Shown here: positions 46,513 to 57,931 of the stretch, in pieces
Numbering within the stretch: position 1 is the stretch's first letter
Layout of the letters: every line of letters begins with the position of its first letter
Origin: Mannheimia granulomatis
GTDB taxonomy: Bacteria; Pseudomonadota; Gammaproteobacteria; Enterobacterales; Pasteurellaceae
Direction: 5' to 3'
DNA length: 64,000 nt
Assembly (NCBI RefSeq): GCF_013377255.1
Contig: NZ_CP016614.1
Span: forward strand, 1,620,021-1,684,020
Translations under genes and position numbers: made by a program
The notes under the pieces: model-generated
Told to the model about the DNA's origin: nothing
The model's database searches: none
Seen by the model: the letters and a program-made list of their open reading frames with translations, nothing else

Positions 46513-47322
46513 TCATTTTTTCTTCTGCGTTTTAGATTGAACAGCATGAACTTCAAGAATTAATTTCTTGCCTTGCTCGTTTTCTATTTCTATTTTAGCC
46601 GGCGGATTGCTGTTTTGATGCAAAATTGCAACAATATTTTCGCCTTGTGCCATCTCTTCAAACTGCCCTGTTACTTTAAATTTTGCTGCTTCAATATCGC
46701 TTTCAAAAATCAAAAATGTACCGAGTGGCGTTACCCGAATATTTTTTAGCCCCAAATTCTCTTTGCTCACCGTTTTATATTGAGGTGCTTTTTTATTTTT
46801 AACTGCCGCTAAAGATGCTTTATCTGTCGCAATATTAAAAATTTCTTGTAATCGGTTTGAGCTCGCATTATTAGCTGGGGCATTTGAAGCAATCTCTGTT
46901 TTCTCCTCTGAGCTTTCAAACACAATATCGCCCACAAACTGCTCTCCTTGCGTTGGAGCCTTTATTAAAGGCTCTCCACCTTTGGCAGAGATAACAATAA
47001 AAAGACGACTACCAATTTTTTCAAAACGAATATCCGCATCAGATAACTGATTTTCAATCTGCTCTTGAATCATTTTAATCGCTGTTTCATTCTCATTTTG
47101 GATGACGACTTTACGATTAATATCAATATCATAGGCAATAAAACCGACTTTCAGACGCTGAGATAACTGTTGAAGCAAATTTCCAACACTGCCTTCGTAA
47201 GATAGACGTACTTTTGCCTGCTCATAACGTGTAATGTTCGCCTCTTCATTTGCAACAGCTAATGTGTGCATAAATAATCCGGCTATGCCGATAATCAGGC
47301 TCTTTCTAAACAACCGTTTCAT
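46513..47322 (-). CDS. Hypothetical secreted protein (signal peptide), 269 aa, family not recognised
   Basis: N-terminal MKRLFRKSLIIGIAGLFMHTLAVA|NEE signal; the rest is hydrophilic. Sits between lptFG and pepA. Confidence 0.5.
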   Translation of the reverse strand: MKRLFRKSLIIGIAGLFMHTLAVANEEANITRYEQAKVRLSYEGSVGNLLQQLSQRLKVGFIAYDIDINRKVVIQNENETAIKMIQEQIENQLSDADIRFEKIGSRLFIVISAKGGEPLIKAPTQGEQFVGDIVFESSEEKTEIASNAPANNASSNRLQEIFNIATDKASLAAVKNKKAPQYKTVSKENLGLKNIRVTPLGTFLIFESDIEAAKFKVTGQFEEMAQGENIVAILHQNSNPPAKIEIENEQGKKLILEVHAVQSKTQKKK

Positions 47323-47556
47323 GTTCTCTCCACTCTTCCATTCGGTATCAAAATCCCCTGCTAGTATAAAGTAAGCAGCCCTACAAACAAGTCAAATCGC
47401 CTTTTTTGACAACAAAATTTAGCAAAATTTCAACCTTAAACAATAATCTGTTTAAAATTTATATTTAAGGGTATATTTTCCGCTATAACTACTTGTAATT
47501 TAACTCATTAATCGTTAAGTTAACCGCAATTTTAGCTCACTTAAAAGGAGATAATA

Positions 47557-49053
47557 ATGGAATTTAGTGTAAAAAACGGCAGTGTAGAAAAACAACGAAC
47601 AGCATGCTTGGTCGTTGGAGTCTATGAACCAAGACGCTTGTCTTCCTCTGCAGAACAACTTGACAAATTAAGTCAAGGCTATATCAGCGCCTTACTCAGA
47701 CGAGGTGATTTAGAAGGCAAGGCAGGCCAAACTCTCTTATTACACAATGTGCCGAATGTACCCGCTGATAGAGTGTTATTAGTCGGCTGCGGTAAAGAAC
47801 GAGAATTAACCGAACGTCAATATAAACAAATTATCCAAAAAACCGTTCAAGCAATTAATGAAACCGGCTCAATGGAAATGGTCTGTTTTTTAACAGAATT
47901 ACATGTTAAAGCCAGAACGCCTTATTGGAATGTGCGATTTGCCGTTGAGGCTATTCAAGAAAACCAATATGCCTATAACGATTTCAAAAGCATCAAGCCG
48001 GAAGTGCGCCGTGAGTTACGCCGCGTAATTTTTAATGTTGCCCATCGCAAAGATTTAGCCGATGCAGAACGAGCATTAGAACACGGCAAAGCTGTTGCAT
48101 TAGGCATCACAAGTGCTAAAAATGTAGCAAATTGTCCACCTAATGTTTGCAATCCAAAATATTTATCCCAATTAGCTCAAGGCTTAGCGGAGGAATATGA
48201 AGCTATATCAACAACTATTATTAATGAAGCAGAAATGGCGACATTGGGAATGAACGCCTATTTAGCGGTTTCTCGAGCTTCGGAAAATGAGGCATTCTTG
48301 GCAGTCATTGAATATAAAGGTAGCCCAAATCCTCAAGATAAGCCGATAGTGCTGGTTGGAAAAGGCTTAACTTTCGACTCAGGTGGTTTATCTATCAAGC
48401 CGGCTGAAGCAATGGACGAAATGAAATATGATATGTGCGGTGCAGCAAGTGTTTACGGCACAATGAAAGCGGTTGCTGAAATGAAATTACCGCTTAATGT
48501 CATTGGACTTTTAGCCGGTTGTGAAAATGCAGTAGATGGTAAAGCTTACCGCCCGGGCGATATTCTTACTACGATGTCCGGCTTAACAGTTGAAGTGTTA
48601 AATACCGATGCAGAAGGACGTTTGGTACTATGCGATACTCTTACCTATGTTGAGCGTTTTGAGCCGGAATTAGTTATTGATATTGCCACTTTAACAGGCG
48701 CTTGTATGATTGCTCTTGGTAATCATAACAGCGGTTTGATGAGTACCTCTAATAGCTTGGCAAATGAATTATTACATGCAGCAGATCAATCTGATGACAA
48801 AGCATGGCGTTTGCCTCTTGGCGAGGAATACCAAGAGCAGCTTAAATCGAACTTTGCTGATTTAGCCAACATCGGCGGGCGTTTAGGTGGGGCGATTACC
48901 GCAGGACAATTCTTATCTAACTTCACCAAAAAATATACCTGGGCACATCTTGATATCGCAGGTACTGCTTGGAAATCAGGTGCAGCCAAAGGGGCAACAG
49001 GTCGCCCGGTTTCTTTATTGACTCAGTTCTTAATCAATAAAGCTCAAGCTTAA
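47557..49053 (+). CDS. pepA: Cytosol (leucyl) aminopeptidase PepA
   Basis: M17 peptidase motifs ([19 protein letters not shown]). Confidence 0.94.
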   Translation: MEFSVKNGSVEKQRTACLVVGVYEPRRLSSSAEQLDKLSQGYISALLRRGDLEGKAGQTLLLHNVPNVPADRVLLVGCGKERELTERQYKQIIQKTVQAINETGSMEMVCFLTELHVKARTPYWNVRFAVEAIQENQYAYNDFKSIKPEVRRELRRVIFNVAHRKDLADAERALEHGKAVALGITSAKNVANCPPNVCNPKYLSQLAQGLAEEYEAISTTIINEAEMATLGMNAYLAVSRASENEAFLAVIEYKGSPNPQDKPIVLVGKGLTFDSGGLSIKPAEAMDEMKYDMCGAASVYGTMKAVAEMKLPLNVIGLLAGCENAVDGKAYRPGDILTTMSGLTVEVLNTDAEGRLVLCDTLTYVERFEPELVIDIATLTGACMIALGNHNSGLMSTSNSLANELLHAADQSDDKAWRLPLGEEYQEQLKSNFADLANIGGRLGGAITAGQFLSNFTKKYTWAHLDIAGTAWKSGAAKGATGRPVSLLTQFLINKAQA

Positions 49054-49065
49054 CTGATAATAAGC

Positions 49066-49105
49066 GGTTAAAATTTGCAAATTTTTTGCTAAATTTAACC
49101 GCTTG
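49066..49105. repeat. Inverted USS pair; shared terminator for the convergent pepA and ybjD-like genes
   Basis: AAGCGGTTAAA...TTTAACCGCTTGT. Confidence 0.8.
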
Positions 49106-50666
49106 TATTCAATTGACTCTCCTTATTTATCAACGCTAGCACATCTATAAACAATTTTTTAAATAAAGGCGGAACGGAATGTTCACTTCGATTTCGCATT
49201 TCATTAGATAAAGCAATCGCTAAATCGGGCTTTGATGTCTGTTGGATAGCTCGTTTAATAATATAAGATATCGGAAATTTTTCTTGTGAGCGCCAATTTG
49301 CTAAACGGACAAATACATTGCGTAACCCCGCTTTATAGAAGAAATGTTCAATATCCTTTTGTGGCAAAGTAGTCAAGCGCTTAGAAAAATCTTCGTCCAT
49401 ACTTTTAACTGTTTCTGTATAACGCTTCCCTGCCTCATCACCATCGGTTAAAACATACCATTCAATCCCCATTGCTCTTGCATATTTGATAAGCGGACGT
49501 AGCCCACATTGGGCAAATTCGACAATTTTGATACCTTCCATTTCCAAATTAATCTCAAGCAATCTTGCCAGCTCGCTTAGAATCCATACTTCTGTTTCGC
49601 CTTCTACTAAAATCCACGCTCGAGCAAATAAAACCAAGCCGCGGTTATGATGAATATGGAAGGTCAATTTCCGCAAATCATCTCTACCAAGATGGCTTCT
49701 ATCTAAAAGATAAGCCTGAGTATGATCTTGATAGCGAACCAGACGGCAAATTTCTTTTAAAGGCACTTGAGAAACCACCTCCATTGAATTGGTTGTGGTA
49801 ATACGTTGGCTTGGTAACAAGCTTAGCAATTCCCAAAAAATCGCGATCATTCTAGGGTGTAATTGAGCATTAAGATCTTCAAATAGGATAATCGGCTTAT
49901 CTATGCTATTAGCTTCTTGATTGAACAAAAATAATGCTGAAATATGGTGTTGAACTTTCTCTCTTAGGATCTCATTCTGCTTAAGACGCAAACATAGCGA
50001 TTTCACCTTTTCCCACCATAAGCTGGTATCTTGCATACCGGTTTTCATCAAAGTACGACTTTGAGCCGTTAGAAAATAATATTTCAAAAGCGAGGAAAGT
50101 GCACTTAGCTCTCGTTGAAACTCATCTTGATTCTCATAGTGACTCTGTAGAAGTAGCTCATCATGTACCCGCTTATTCAAACGTGCATCACGTAGGCGGT
50201 AAACCGAATGTTGCCGAATAAAACGCTTAATAAGTTTTTCAGATTGATTAAGTGAAATCGGTTTTAAATGGTGATCGACAAAATGATATTCAGTTATCAC
50301 ACTATCTTTGGTTAATTTACCGCTGACTTTTAGCGACAATTGCCGCAACTGCTCATTTAAAGAAAAAAAGAACGAGAGATAAGGAGAAAATCTTTCCGAT
50401 AAATGCTCATCTACCTGTTCTTCAGAAAAAGTAAACACAAGTTCAATATCTTGCACTTGCTTAGGCGTTTGAGAATATTGGATATGAAAATCTTTAAAAG
50501 TAAACTGATATAACTCATTTTCAAGATTAAAAATCAGGCTAAGGGCATCAATTAAGCTTGATTTTCCCCATGCATTCTCACCAATTAATACCATATTGGG
50601 AAGTAAAGGGAGAGATAAGCGATTAATACCACGAAAACCTGAAATTTCAATCTGCTTTAAATACAT
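49095..50666 (-). CDS. ybjD: OLD-family ATP-dependent endonuclease, YbjD-like (ABC ATPase + TOPRIM)
   Basis: MYLKQIEISGFRGINRLSL...GENAWGKSSL matches the E. coli YbjD N-terminus. TOPRIM region LVEGETEVWI...DGDEAGK. Confidence 0.8.
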   Translation of the reverse strand: MYLKQIEISGFRGINRLSLPLLPNMVLIGENAWGKSSLIDALSLIFNLENELYQFTFKDFHIQYSQTPKQVQDIELVFTFSEEQVDEHLSERFSPYLSFFFSLNEQLRQLSLKVSGKLTKDSVITEYHFVDHHLKPISLNQSEKLIKRFIRQHSVYRLRDARLNKRVHDELLLQSHYENQDEFQRELSALSSLLKYYFLTAQSRTLMKTGMQDTSLWWEKVKSLCLRLKQNEILREKVQHHISALFLFNQEANSIDKPIILFEDLNAQLHPRMIAIFWELLSLLPSQRITTTNSMEVVSQVPLKEICRLVRYQDHTQAYLLDRSHLGRDDLRKLTFHIHHNRGLVLFARAWILVEGETEVWILSELARLLEINLEMEGIKIVEFAQCGLRPLIKYARAMGIEWYVLTDGDEAGKRYTETVKSMDEDFSKRLTTLPQKDIEHFFYKAGLRNVFVRLANWRSQEKFPISYIIKRAIQQTSKPDLAIALSNEMRNRSEHSVPPLFKKLFIDVLALINKESQLNTSG

Positions 50667-50684
50667 AAATCTGTCTCTATCAGC

Positions 50685-52052
50685 TTAATTTTTTATAATT
50701 TCGTAGCATGGTTGATAAGCGTCTCCTGTCGGTATCTTCATACGATGCTGAACGATAAAATTTTCTAGCAGCTGATCAATACTCTCCATTAAAGCCTTAT
50801 CACCGTGCAATTTAAATACACCGTATTTTTCAATTAAGTCTGAAGTTTCCGGCTTAATATTCCCTGCTACAATGCCGGAAAAAGCACGACGTAAATTCGC
50901 TGCTAACTTCTCTGAAGGCTGATTTAGACTCAAGTCCAAATTCGCCATATTCTCATGAGTTGGAATAAACGGCTTGATAAAATCTTCTTCAATCTTTAAC
51001 GACCAATTAAAACTGTAAGCATCGCCACTTTCATAACGGCTATTTTTAACTTCATACATAGATTGTTTCACTTTACGTGCAACCAAAACCGGATCATCAA
51101 TAATGATTTCATACAAACTACGAGCTTCCTCACCCAATACCTTGCCAATAAATTTATCAATAGCGTAAAAATATTCTGCCGACTCCTTCGGGGCTGTTAA
51201 GATAAGCGGTAATTTTTGTGCATGATTCGCCGGATTTAATTTAATACCGATAATATAAAGTAATTCTTCCAACGTACCCGGACCACCCGGAAAAACTACA
51301 ATCGCATGTCCCAAACGCACAAAGGCTTCTAAGCGTTTTTCAATATCCGGCATAATCACCAATTCATTAACAATCGGGTTAGGTGGCTCAGAAGCAATAA
51401 TCGATGGCTCAGTAATCCCAATAAAACGCCCATTTTTATAACGCTGATTAGCATGGCCGATTGCCGCTCCTTTCATCGGAGCTTCCATCACCCCAGCACC
51501 ACAGCCGGTCACAATATTAAGTTCACGCAAGCCAAATTCTTGCCCTACTGCGCGGCAATATTGGTATTCGATTTCATTGATAGAATGGCCGCCCCAGCAC
51601 ACAACTAAATTTGGATCAGTATTCATTTCAATCGCTTTTGCATTACGCAAAATTGAAAATACCGTATTGGTTGTTAAAGTCTCCAAAGAGGTTTCTTCAA
51701 ACGGTCGGATCGTATTTTTCAACGCATTAACAAACACAATATCCCTTAACACCGCAAAAAGATGGTATTGAATATTTAAGATCATCTTGCCATCAACAAA
51801 GGCACTTTCCGGTGGGTTATGTAACTCCAGCGATACGCCTTTTTCACGAGTGAGTAGGCGGATTTCAAAATCAGGATACTGATTTAACAAGGCTCGACTG
51901 TCATCCGTATGAGCTCCTGAATTCAGGACTGCTAATGAGCAATTACGATAAAGTTGATATAAATTCCCTTGCGTATTTTTTGCCAATAATTGCATTTCCA
52001 AATGGGAAAGCTGCTCCATACTACCTTTCGGGTTTACTCTGTGTACTGCCAT
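50685..52052 (-). CDS. ppnN: Pyrimidine/purine nucleotide 5'-monophosphate nucleosidase PpnN (LOG family, YgdH)
   Basis: Colinear with E. coli PpnN ([26 protein letters not shown]). Confidence 0.88.
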   Translation of the reverse strand: MAVHRVNPKGSMEQLSHLEMQLLAKNTQGNLYQLYRNCSLAVLNSGAHTDDSRALLNQYPDFEIRLLTREKGVSLELHNPPESAFVDGKMILNIQYHLFAVLRDIVFVNALKNTIRPFEETSLETLTTNTVFSILRNAKAIEMNTDPNLVVCWGGHSINEIEYQYCRAVGQEFGLRELNIVTGCGAGVMEAPMKGAAIGHANQRYKNGRFIGITEPSIIASEPPNPIVNELVIMPDIEKRLEAFVRLGHAIVVFPGGPGTLEELLYIIGIKLNPANHAQKLPLILTAPKESAEYFYAIDKFIGKVLGEEARSLYEIIIDDPVLVARKVKQSMYEVKNSRYESGDAYSFNWSLKIEEDFIKPFIPTHENMANLDLSLNQPSEKLAANLRRAFSGIVAGNIKPETSDLIEKYGVFKLHGDKALMESIDQLLENFIVQHRMKIPTGDAYQPCYEIIKN

Positions 52053-52096
52053 TTTCGCTCCTTTTTTGCAAGATATTCTTCAAATAAGACCGCTTG

Positions 52097-52855
52097 TTAC
52101 TTCAATAGTTTATCAATTACACGGCTAACCGCAAAAAAACCGAAAGTTGCAGTGACCATTGTTACCGCACCAAAGCCGTTGGCACAATTCATTGTAGCGG
52201 AAATTTCACAACCCTCCCCCATTTTCGGGAAAATTAATTGCTGAGTAGATGAAACACATTCCACACCAAATTTACTTTTATTGCTAAATCCATACTCTTT
52301 ACGCAATAAGGCACGAACCATTGCCGCCAGAGGATCTTGCACGGTTTTGCTTAAATCGGTAATCCGAATTTGTGTTGGGTCAGTCTGCCCTCCGGCCCCG
52401 CCGGTAGTAATTAATTTGATTTTATTACGCTTACAGTAAGCAATTAAAGCCGCCTTAGTTTTCACCGAGTCAATCGCATCAATTACATAATCATAGTCAC
52501 GATTAAGGTAGTCCGGAATATTTTCAGGGGTGATAAAATCATCAATAATCTCCACCGCACATTCAGGGTTAATTCGCTCAATGCGTTCTTTCATTGCCTC
52601 GGTTTTCAGCTGAGCCACCGTGCCACTCATTGCATGAATTTGGCGATTGATGTTGGTCACACAAATATCATCCATATCAATCATGGTAATTTTTCCGATG
52701 CCCGAACGAACCAAAGCTTCTACCGCCCAAGACCCCACGCCACCAATGCCAATTACACAAATATGCGAACGGCGTAGCTTTTCCAGCCCCTCAGGCGTAT
52801 AAAGGCGACCAATGCCACCAAAGCGCTGTTCGTAGTTGTCGATTCTCTCTGCCAT
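52097..52855 (-). CDS. tcdA: tRNA threonylcarbamoyladenosine dehydratase TcdA (CsdL)
   Basis: The E1-like GIGGVGSW motif aligns with E. coli TcdA from MAERIDNYEQRFGG. Start at 52855, 1 nt after the uup stop. Confidence 0.85.
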   Translation of the reverse strand: MAERIDNYEQRFGGIGRLYTPEGLEKLRRSHICVIGIGGVGSWAVEALVRSGIGKITMIDMDDICVTNINRQIHAMSGTVAQLKTEAMKERIERINPECAVEIIDDFITPENIPDYLNRDYDYVIDAIDSVKTKAALIAYCKRNKIKLITTGGAGGQTDPTQIRITDLSKTVQDPLAAMVRALLRKEYGFSNKSKFGVECVSSTQQLIFPKMGEGCEISATMNCANGFGAVTMVTATFGFFAVSRVIDKLLK

Positions 52856-52856
52856 T

Positions 52857-54788
52857 TTAAACGTTCCCATTTTTAATATTTTCCAACTCTTCCCAACGCT
52901 CAAAGGCTTGCTCTAACGCGAGTTCTGTATCCGCAAGCTGCTGTAATTTCGCTTGAGTGTAAGCCTGATCTTTAGCAAAGAAATCAGCACTGTTTACCTC
53001 GGTTTGCAGAGCTTCAATTTCGGCTTCTAAGGCTTCCATTTTTGCAGGCAACTCATCCAGCTCACGTTGGTCTTTGTAAGAAAGCTTGACCTTTTTCGCT
53101 TCATTTTTTGGCTTTTCTTGCTTCGGTTGTTCTGCTGCAAGCGGTTCTTTTTTAGCGGAATTTTGCAAATTATCTGCACGGGTAGCGTGGTAATTATCTT
53201 GCTGCTGTTTCGCATCAAAATAGCCGCCGATATATTTATTCAGCACGCCGTTGCCTTCAAAGAAGTAGCACTCTTCCACCGTGTTATCAATAAATTGACG
53301 GTCGTGGCTCACCACCAGCAACGTGCCTTGATAATCGGCAAGCATCTCTTCCAACAGCTCTAGCGTTTCCACATCCAAATCATTGGTCGGTTCGTCCAGA
53401 ATCAATAAATTATTCGGTTTCAGCAATAATTTTGCCAATAACAAACGGTTACGTTCCCCACCCGACAAGGCTTTCACCGGGGTCATCGCCCGTTTCGGTG
53501 GGAAGAGGAAATCTTGCAGATAGCCCAACACATGGCGTTTCACGCCATTAACTTCCACATCTTGTTTGCCATCAGCCACGTTATCCATTACGGTTTTTTC
53601 TAAATCCAACTCAGCACGGTACTGGTCGAAATAGGCAACCTCTAATTTTGTACCGCAGCGAATTGAACCAGAAGTTGGCTGTAATTCGCCTAACAAGAGC
53701 TTAATGAAAGTCGTTTTACCACAACCGTTCGGACCAACTAAAGCAATTTTATCGCCACGTTGAATCGTTGCTGTAAAGTTTTTGAGCAACGTTTTGCCCT
53801 CAATTTCATAACTTGCATTTTCAAGCTCAAACACAATTTTGCCGGAGCGTGCAGTTTGGTCGAGCTGAATTTTCGCAGTACCTTGCACCTCACGGCGGTT
53901 ACGGCGTTCTTCCCGCAAGGCTTTTAACGCACGCACACGCCCTTCATTACGCGTACGGCGAGCCTTAATGCCTTGGCGAATCCAAACTTCTTCTTGGGCG
54001 AGTTTCTTGTCAAACAACTCATTTTGTAAAGCTTCAACCCGTAAATCTTCGGCTTTTTCTGCCAAATATTGATCGTAATTGCTCGGATAAGAAACCAATT
54101 TGCCGCGGTCTAAATCCACAATACGGGTCGCCATTTTGCGGATAAACGAACGGTCGTGGGAAATAAAGATGATCGAGCCTTTAAAATTGAGCAATAAATC
54201 TTCAAGCCACGTGATCGCTTCCACATCCAAGTGGTTAGTCGGCTCGTCTAATAATAAAATATCCGGATCAGCCACTAAGGCACGAGCAAGAGCGGCACGG
54301 CGAACCCAACCTCCCGATAATTCGCATAGGCGTTTTTCAGGATCAAGCTCCAATAATTTCAAGGTGTCTTGAATCCGATTTTCAAACTGCCAGCCGTTGT
54401 TATGTTCTAATTGGGCTTGAATATGGGACAATTTTGCCAACAACTCATCGCTGTAATTGGTCAGCATTTGCTGCGAAATGTGGTGATATTGCTTTAAAAG
54501 ATCACTTAAATGGGCGATACCTTCCGCTACATAGTCAAACACCGTATCTTGAATATGACGAGGTGGGTCTTGCTCAAGACGAGCCACCACAATATCTTTT
54601 TCAAAAATTAACTTGCCGTCATCAAGCTGCACTTCGCCGGCAAGCACTTTCATTAAAGTTGATTTGCCCGCCCCGTTGCGCCCGACCAAGCAAACCCGCT
54701 CGCCCGGCTCAATGTGTAATTCGGTGTGATCTAATAAAGGATGATCGCCAAAGCCTAAATAGGCGTTGGATAAATTAAGTAATGCCAT
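52857..54788 (-). CDS. uup: ABC-F family ATPase Uup
   Basis: Two ABC cassettes plus a C-terminal coiled-coil; 643 aa. Confidence 0.88.
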   Translation of the reverse strand: MALLNLSNAYLGFGDHPLLDHTELHIEPGERVCLVGRNGAGKSTLMKVLAGEVQLDDGKLIFEKDIVVARLEQDPPRHIQDTVFDYVAEGIAHLSDLLKQYHHISQQMLTNYSDELLAKLSHIQAQLEHNNGWQFENRIQDTLKLLELDPEKRLCELSGGWVRRAALARALVADPDILLLDEPTNHLDVEAITWLEDLLLNFKGSIIFISHDRSFIRKMATRIVDLDRGKLVSYPSNYDQYLAEKAEDLRVEALQNELFDKKLAQEEVWIRQGIKARRTRNEGRVRALKALREERRNRREVQGTAKIQLDQTARSGKIVFELENASYEIEGKTLLKNFTATIQRGDKIALVGPNGCGKTTFIKLLLGELQPTSGSIRCGTKLEVAYFDQYRAELDLEKTVMDNVADGKQDVEVNGVKRHVLGYLQDFLFPPKRAMTPVKALSGGERNRLLLAKLLLKPNNLLILDEPTNDLDVETLELLEEMLADYQGTLLVVSHDRQFIDNTVEECYFFEGNGVLNKYIGGYFDAKQQQDNYHATRADNLQNSAKKEPLAAEQPKQEKPKNEAKKVKLSYKDQRELDELPAKMEALEAEIEALQTEVNSADFFAKDQAYTQAKLQQLADTELALEQAFERWEELENIKNGNV

Positions 54789-54868
54789 AGTTTTCTATAT
54801 CAGAATGATGTTACAAATTTTAAATTGCTTGATTATAAAAGAAGGATGGGACATAACCCATATATACT

Positions 54869-57800
54869 TTAAGATAAAAATCCGCCAATCCCTTTAAACT
54901 TCTCTACAAAAGCCACGATTTTCTGAAAAACCGTCTGTTTTTTAGTCTTATATTGTGGATTTAACGGGCTCATTTTAGGTAGAAGATCATTTAAATCTGT
55001 CCCATTTTCGCTAGCATATTCTCGTTTGAGAGAGGTCATTATATACCGTTTTGCTGCATCTATATTTAAACTTTCGCTATCAATTAAGCTATCCGCTTCT
55101 CTTTTTTGCTCTTGCTGAGCAAAGCGGAAAAATTCATCAATGATAGTTGCTTTATCAGGAATTTTATCTAAATCGGTTTGATGGATAAAATCAACAACCA
55201 GACTTTCTTTTGCTCGATTATCAATGCTCGCACGAATTGTTCGGCGAATTTCTTCAATCAATGCTGGTTTGTTTTTGAGTTTCTTATTATGTTCAAAGAT
55301 CAACTCTAAAATATAATCTAAATTGATCTCTTGGGATTTTAATAGATCGACTTCAAAAACGACATCGCTCCAATCAATTTGAGATTTTTCCGCATTGCCG
55401 TTTTGAGTTTGTTTCCTTTTCCATTCACGAACATCGTTATAGGCAGAACGATAATCTTGTAGCTGCCTATCAGATAAAATCACATTATTGTTCGGAAGAT
55501 ATAGGCCTTCAGGCTCTTTCAATGCATTGTCTGGATATGTGGTGTTTTTTAATACGTAAAATTCATCGTAATTATGCAACACATTTTCCAAACGCAGATA
55601 CTCGCTAAATAGTTTGGTAAAGGCTTTTTTATCTTCCTCGGTGTCAAGCTGAGTCGGATCTGGGAATGTCATTTGTAGTGCCTTAACAACCTCTCGATAA
55701 CCTCGATGATAATTTCCATTAGTATCTTGATAACCGTCCATATATTCTTTGAAACTACGCTCTAATACGATATTTCGAGTATTTGTATTCCCAAACAAAG
55801 TAATGGCATCTATCGTATCTTGCTCTAAATTACGGAAAGTGACAATATTCCCGAATGGCTTTGTTGCATCATAAATACGGTTTGTACGGGAAAAGGCTTG
55901 TATTAAACCGTGATAACGTAGATTTTTATCCACAAATAACGTATTCAGTTTAGGGGCATCGAAACCGGTTAAAAACATGCCGACTACAATCAATAAATCC
56001 ACTTCTTGATTTTTAACTCTCATCGCCAAATCACGGTAGTAATTTTGGAATTCTTTGCTTTCTACTCCATAATTGGTTTTAAATAACTGATTGTAATCAT
56101 TGATTGCCGATGTCAAAAATTCTTTTGCTGAGCTATTCATTGCCGTTGGCTCAAAGGTTTCATCAACAATTTCACCTATCGCATTTTGTTCTTCATTGGC
56201 GGCAAACGAGAAAATCGTTGCAATTTTTAACGGATTTTGTACCGCTTGTTGTTGAATTTTGAACTGCTCGTAATAGGCTTTTGCCGCATCAACGGAACTT
56301 ACCGCAAACATTGCATTAAAGCCTTTGCCGGTGGTATTTAAGCGGTGTGTTTTTTGATTAAAATGGGTCAAAATATATTGGGTAATTTCCTCAATCCTTT
56401 TGGGGTGCAATAAGGCTTCTTTGGTTTCAAGTGCGGTCAGTTTTTCCGGATTTTTTTCTGTTTCAATATCTTGGAATTTCGGGCGAACATTATTGTAATC
56501 TACCTTAAATTTCAGCACTTTTTCATCACGAATTGCATCGGTAATCACATAGGAATGTAATTGTGAACCAAATACAGTTGCTGTTGTTTCCGCCCCTAAT
56601 GCATTATCGGCAAAAATCGGCGTACCAGTAAATCCAAACTGGCAGAATTTTTTAAACTTTTTCTTTAAATTCTTTTGGGCCTCGCCAAATTGAGATCGAT
56701 GACACTCATCAAAAATAAAGACGACCGGTTGAGAATAAATTGCCAAATCATTTTCAGATTTCATTAAATTATTGAGTTTCTGAATTGTGGTGACAATAAT
56801 TTTATTGTCATCTTTTTCAAGATTACGTTTTAAACCTAATGTACTTTCCGAACCATTTACACTATCAGGGGAAAAACGTTGATACTCTTTCATTGTTTGG
56901 TAATCCAGATCTTTTCTATCTACTACGAAGAACACTTTATCTATAAAATCCAATTCGGTGGCAAGACGTGCCGCTTTAAAGCTGGTGAGCGTTTTACCTG
57001 AACCTGTGGTATGCCAAATATAACCTCCGCTTTCTAAGTTTCCCCAATTTTTAGTTAAATGGGTATTTTGGATTTTCCATAAAATCCGCTCGGTTGCCGC
57101 AATTTGATACGGGCGCATAATCAATAATGTGTTGCTTACATCAAAAACCGAATAATTGATCAACACATTAAGTAGAGTATTTTTTTGGAAAAACGTAGCA
57201 GTGAAATCTTTTAAATCCTTAATCAGCGTATTATCTGATTTTGCCCAGTTCATCGTAAAATCAAAACTGTTTTTATCTCGCTTAGTGGTGTTGGCAAAAT
57301 AACGGGTATCTGTGCCGTTAGAAATAACAAAAACTTGCAGAAATTTAAACAGTGAATTTTCTGAATTGAAACTCTCTTTGCTATAACGATGAATTTGGTT
57401 AAAGGCTTCTCGAATGGCTACGCCACGCTTTTTCAACTCAATTTGGACTAACGGCAAGCCATTCACAAGAATAGTCACATCATAGCGATTAAGATATTCA
57501 CCTTTTTGTTCAAATTGATTGATAACTTGCACTTTATTACGAGCAATCTCTTTTTTATCTAACAAATAGATATTTTGAATCCGCCCATTATCAAACACAA
57601 AATCATAGATATGATCTTGATGAATTTTTCGGGTTTTCTCGATAATACTTTCTGAGGATTTATCGAGATATTCATCAACAAAACGTTTCCATTCCGAATC
57701 TAAAAAACGCACATTATTTAATTTTTCCAACTGCTCACGCACATTCATTAGCAATTTTTCTTGGCTATTTAAATCAGGGCGATATTCATAACCTTGAAAC

Positions 57801-57931
57801 TGCAAATCGGCGATCAGCTCTTGCTCTAAATCGGCTTCGGTTTGATAAGAACTTGGCTTCTCGATTGTTTCATATTTATCTAAAACGATGAAATTATTGG
57901 TTTCTGTGATGGGAGTTGTTTCAAGGTTCAT
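54869..57931 (-). CDS. hsdR: Type I restriction enzyme R subunit HsdR (type IC, EcoR124/EcoprrI-like)
   Basis: 1020 aa with SF2 helicase motifs ([28 protein letters not shown]) and an N-terminal nuclease domain. As I recall it, the sequence is close to EcoR124I-type HsdR. Confidence 0.9.
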   Translation of the reverse strand: MNLETTPITETNNFIVLDKYETIEKPSSYQTEADLEQELIADLQFQGYEYRPDLNSQEKLLMNVREQLEKLNNVRFLDSEWKRFVDEYLDKSSESIIEKTRKIHQDHIYDFVFDNGRIQNIYLLDKKEIARNKVQVINQFEQKGEYLNRYDVTILVNGLPLVQIELKKRGVAIREAFNQIHRYSKESFNSENSLFKFLQVFVISNGTDTRYFANTTKRDKNSFDFTMNWAKSDNTLIKDLKDFTATFFQKNTLLNVLINYSVFDVSNTLLIMRPYQIAATERILWKIQNTHLTKNWGNLESGGYIWHTTGSGKTLTSFKAARLATELDFIDKVFFVVDRKDLDYQTMKEYQRFSPDSVNGSESTLGLKRNLEKDDNKIIVTTIQKLNNLMKSENDLAIYSQPVVFIFDECHRSQFGEAQKNLKKKFKKFCQFGFTGTPIFADNALGAETTATVFGSQLHSYVITDAIRDEKVLKFKVDYNNVRPKFQDIETEKNPEKLTALETKEALLHPKRIEEITQYILTHFNQKTHRLNTTGKGFNAMFAVSSVDAAKAYYEQFKIQQQAVQNPLKIATIFSFAANEEQNAIGEIVDETFEPTAMNSSAKEFLTSAINDYNQLFKTNYGVESKEFQNYYRDLAMRVKNQEVDLLIVVGMFLTGFDAPKLNTLFVDKNLRYHGLIQAFSRTNRIYDATKPFGNIVTFRNLEQDTIDAITLFGNTNTRNIVLERSFKEYMDGYQDTNGNYHRGYREVVKALQMTFPDPTQLDTEEDKKAFTKLFSEYLRLENVLHNYDEFYVLKNTTYPDNALKEPEGLYLPNNNVILSDRQLQDYRSAYNDVREWKRKQTQNGNAEKSQIDWSDVVFEVDLLKSQEINLDYILELIFEHNKKLKNKPALIEEIRRTIRASIDNRAKESLVVDFIHQTDLDKIPDKATIIDEFFRFAQQEQKREADSLIDSESLNIDAAKRYIMTSLKREYASENGTDLNDLLPKMSPLNPQYKTKKQTVFQKIVAFVEKFKGIGGFLS

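Noticed and set aside
56245-56253. Single USS core 9-mers inside hsdR (56245) and hsdM (61637) as evidence the island originated within Pasteurellaceae
   Set aside because: Single 9-mers are expected by chance about once per 64 kb, so this is not diagnostic. Only the USS inside the duplicated junction repeat is noted.
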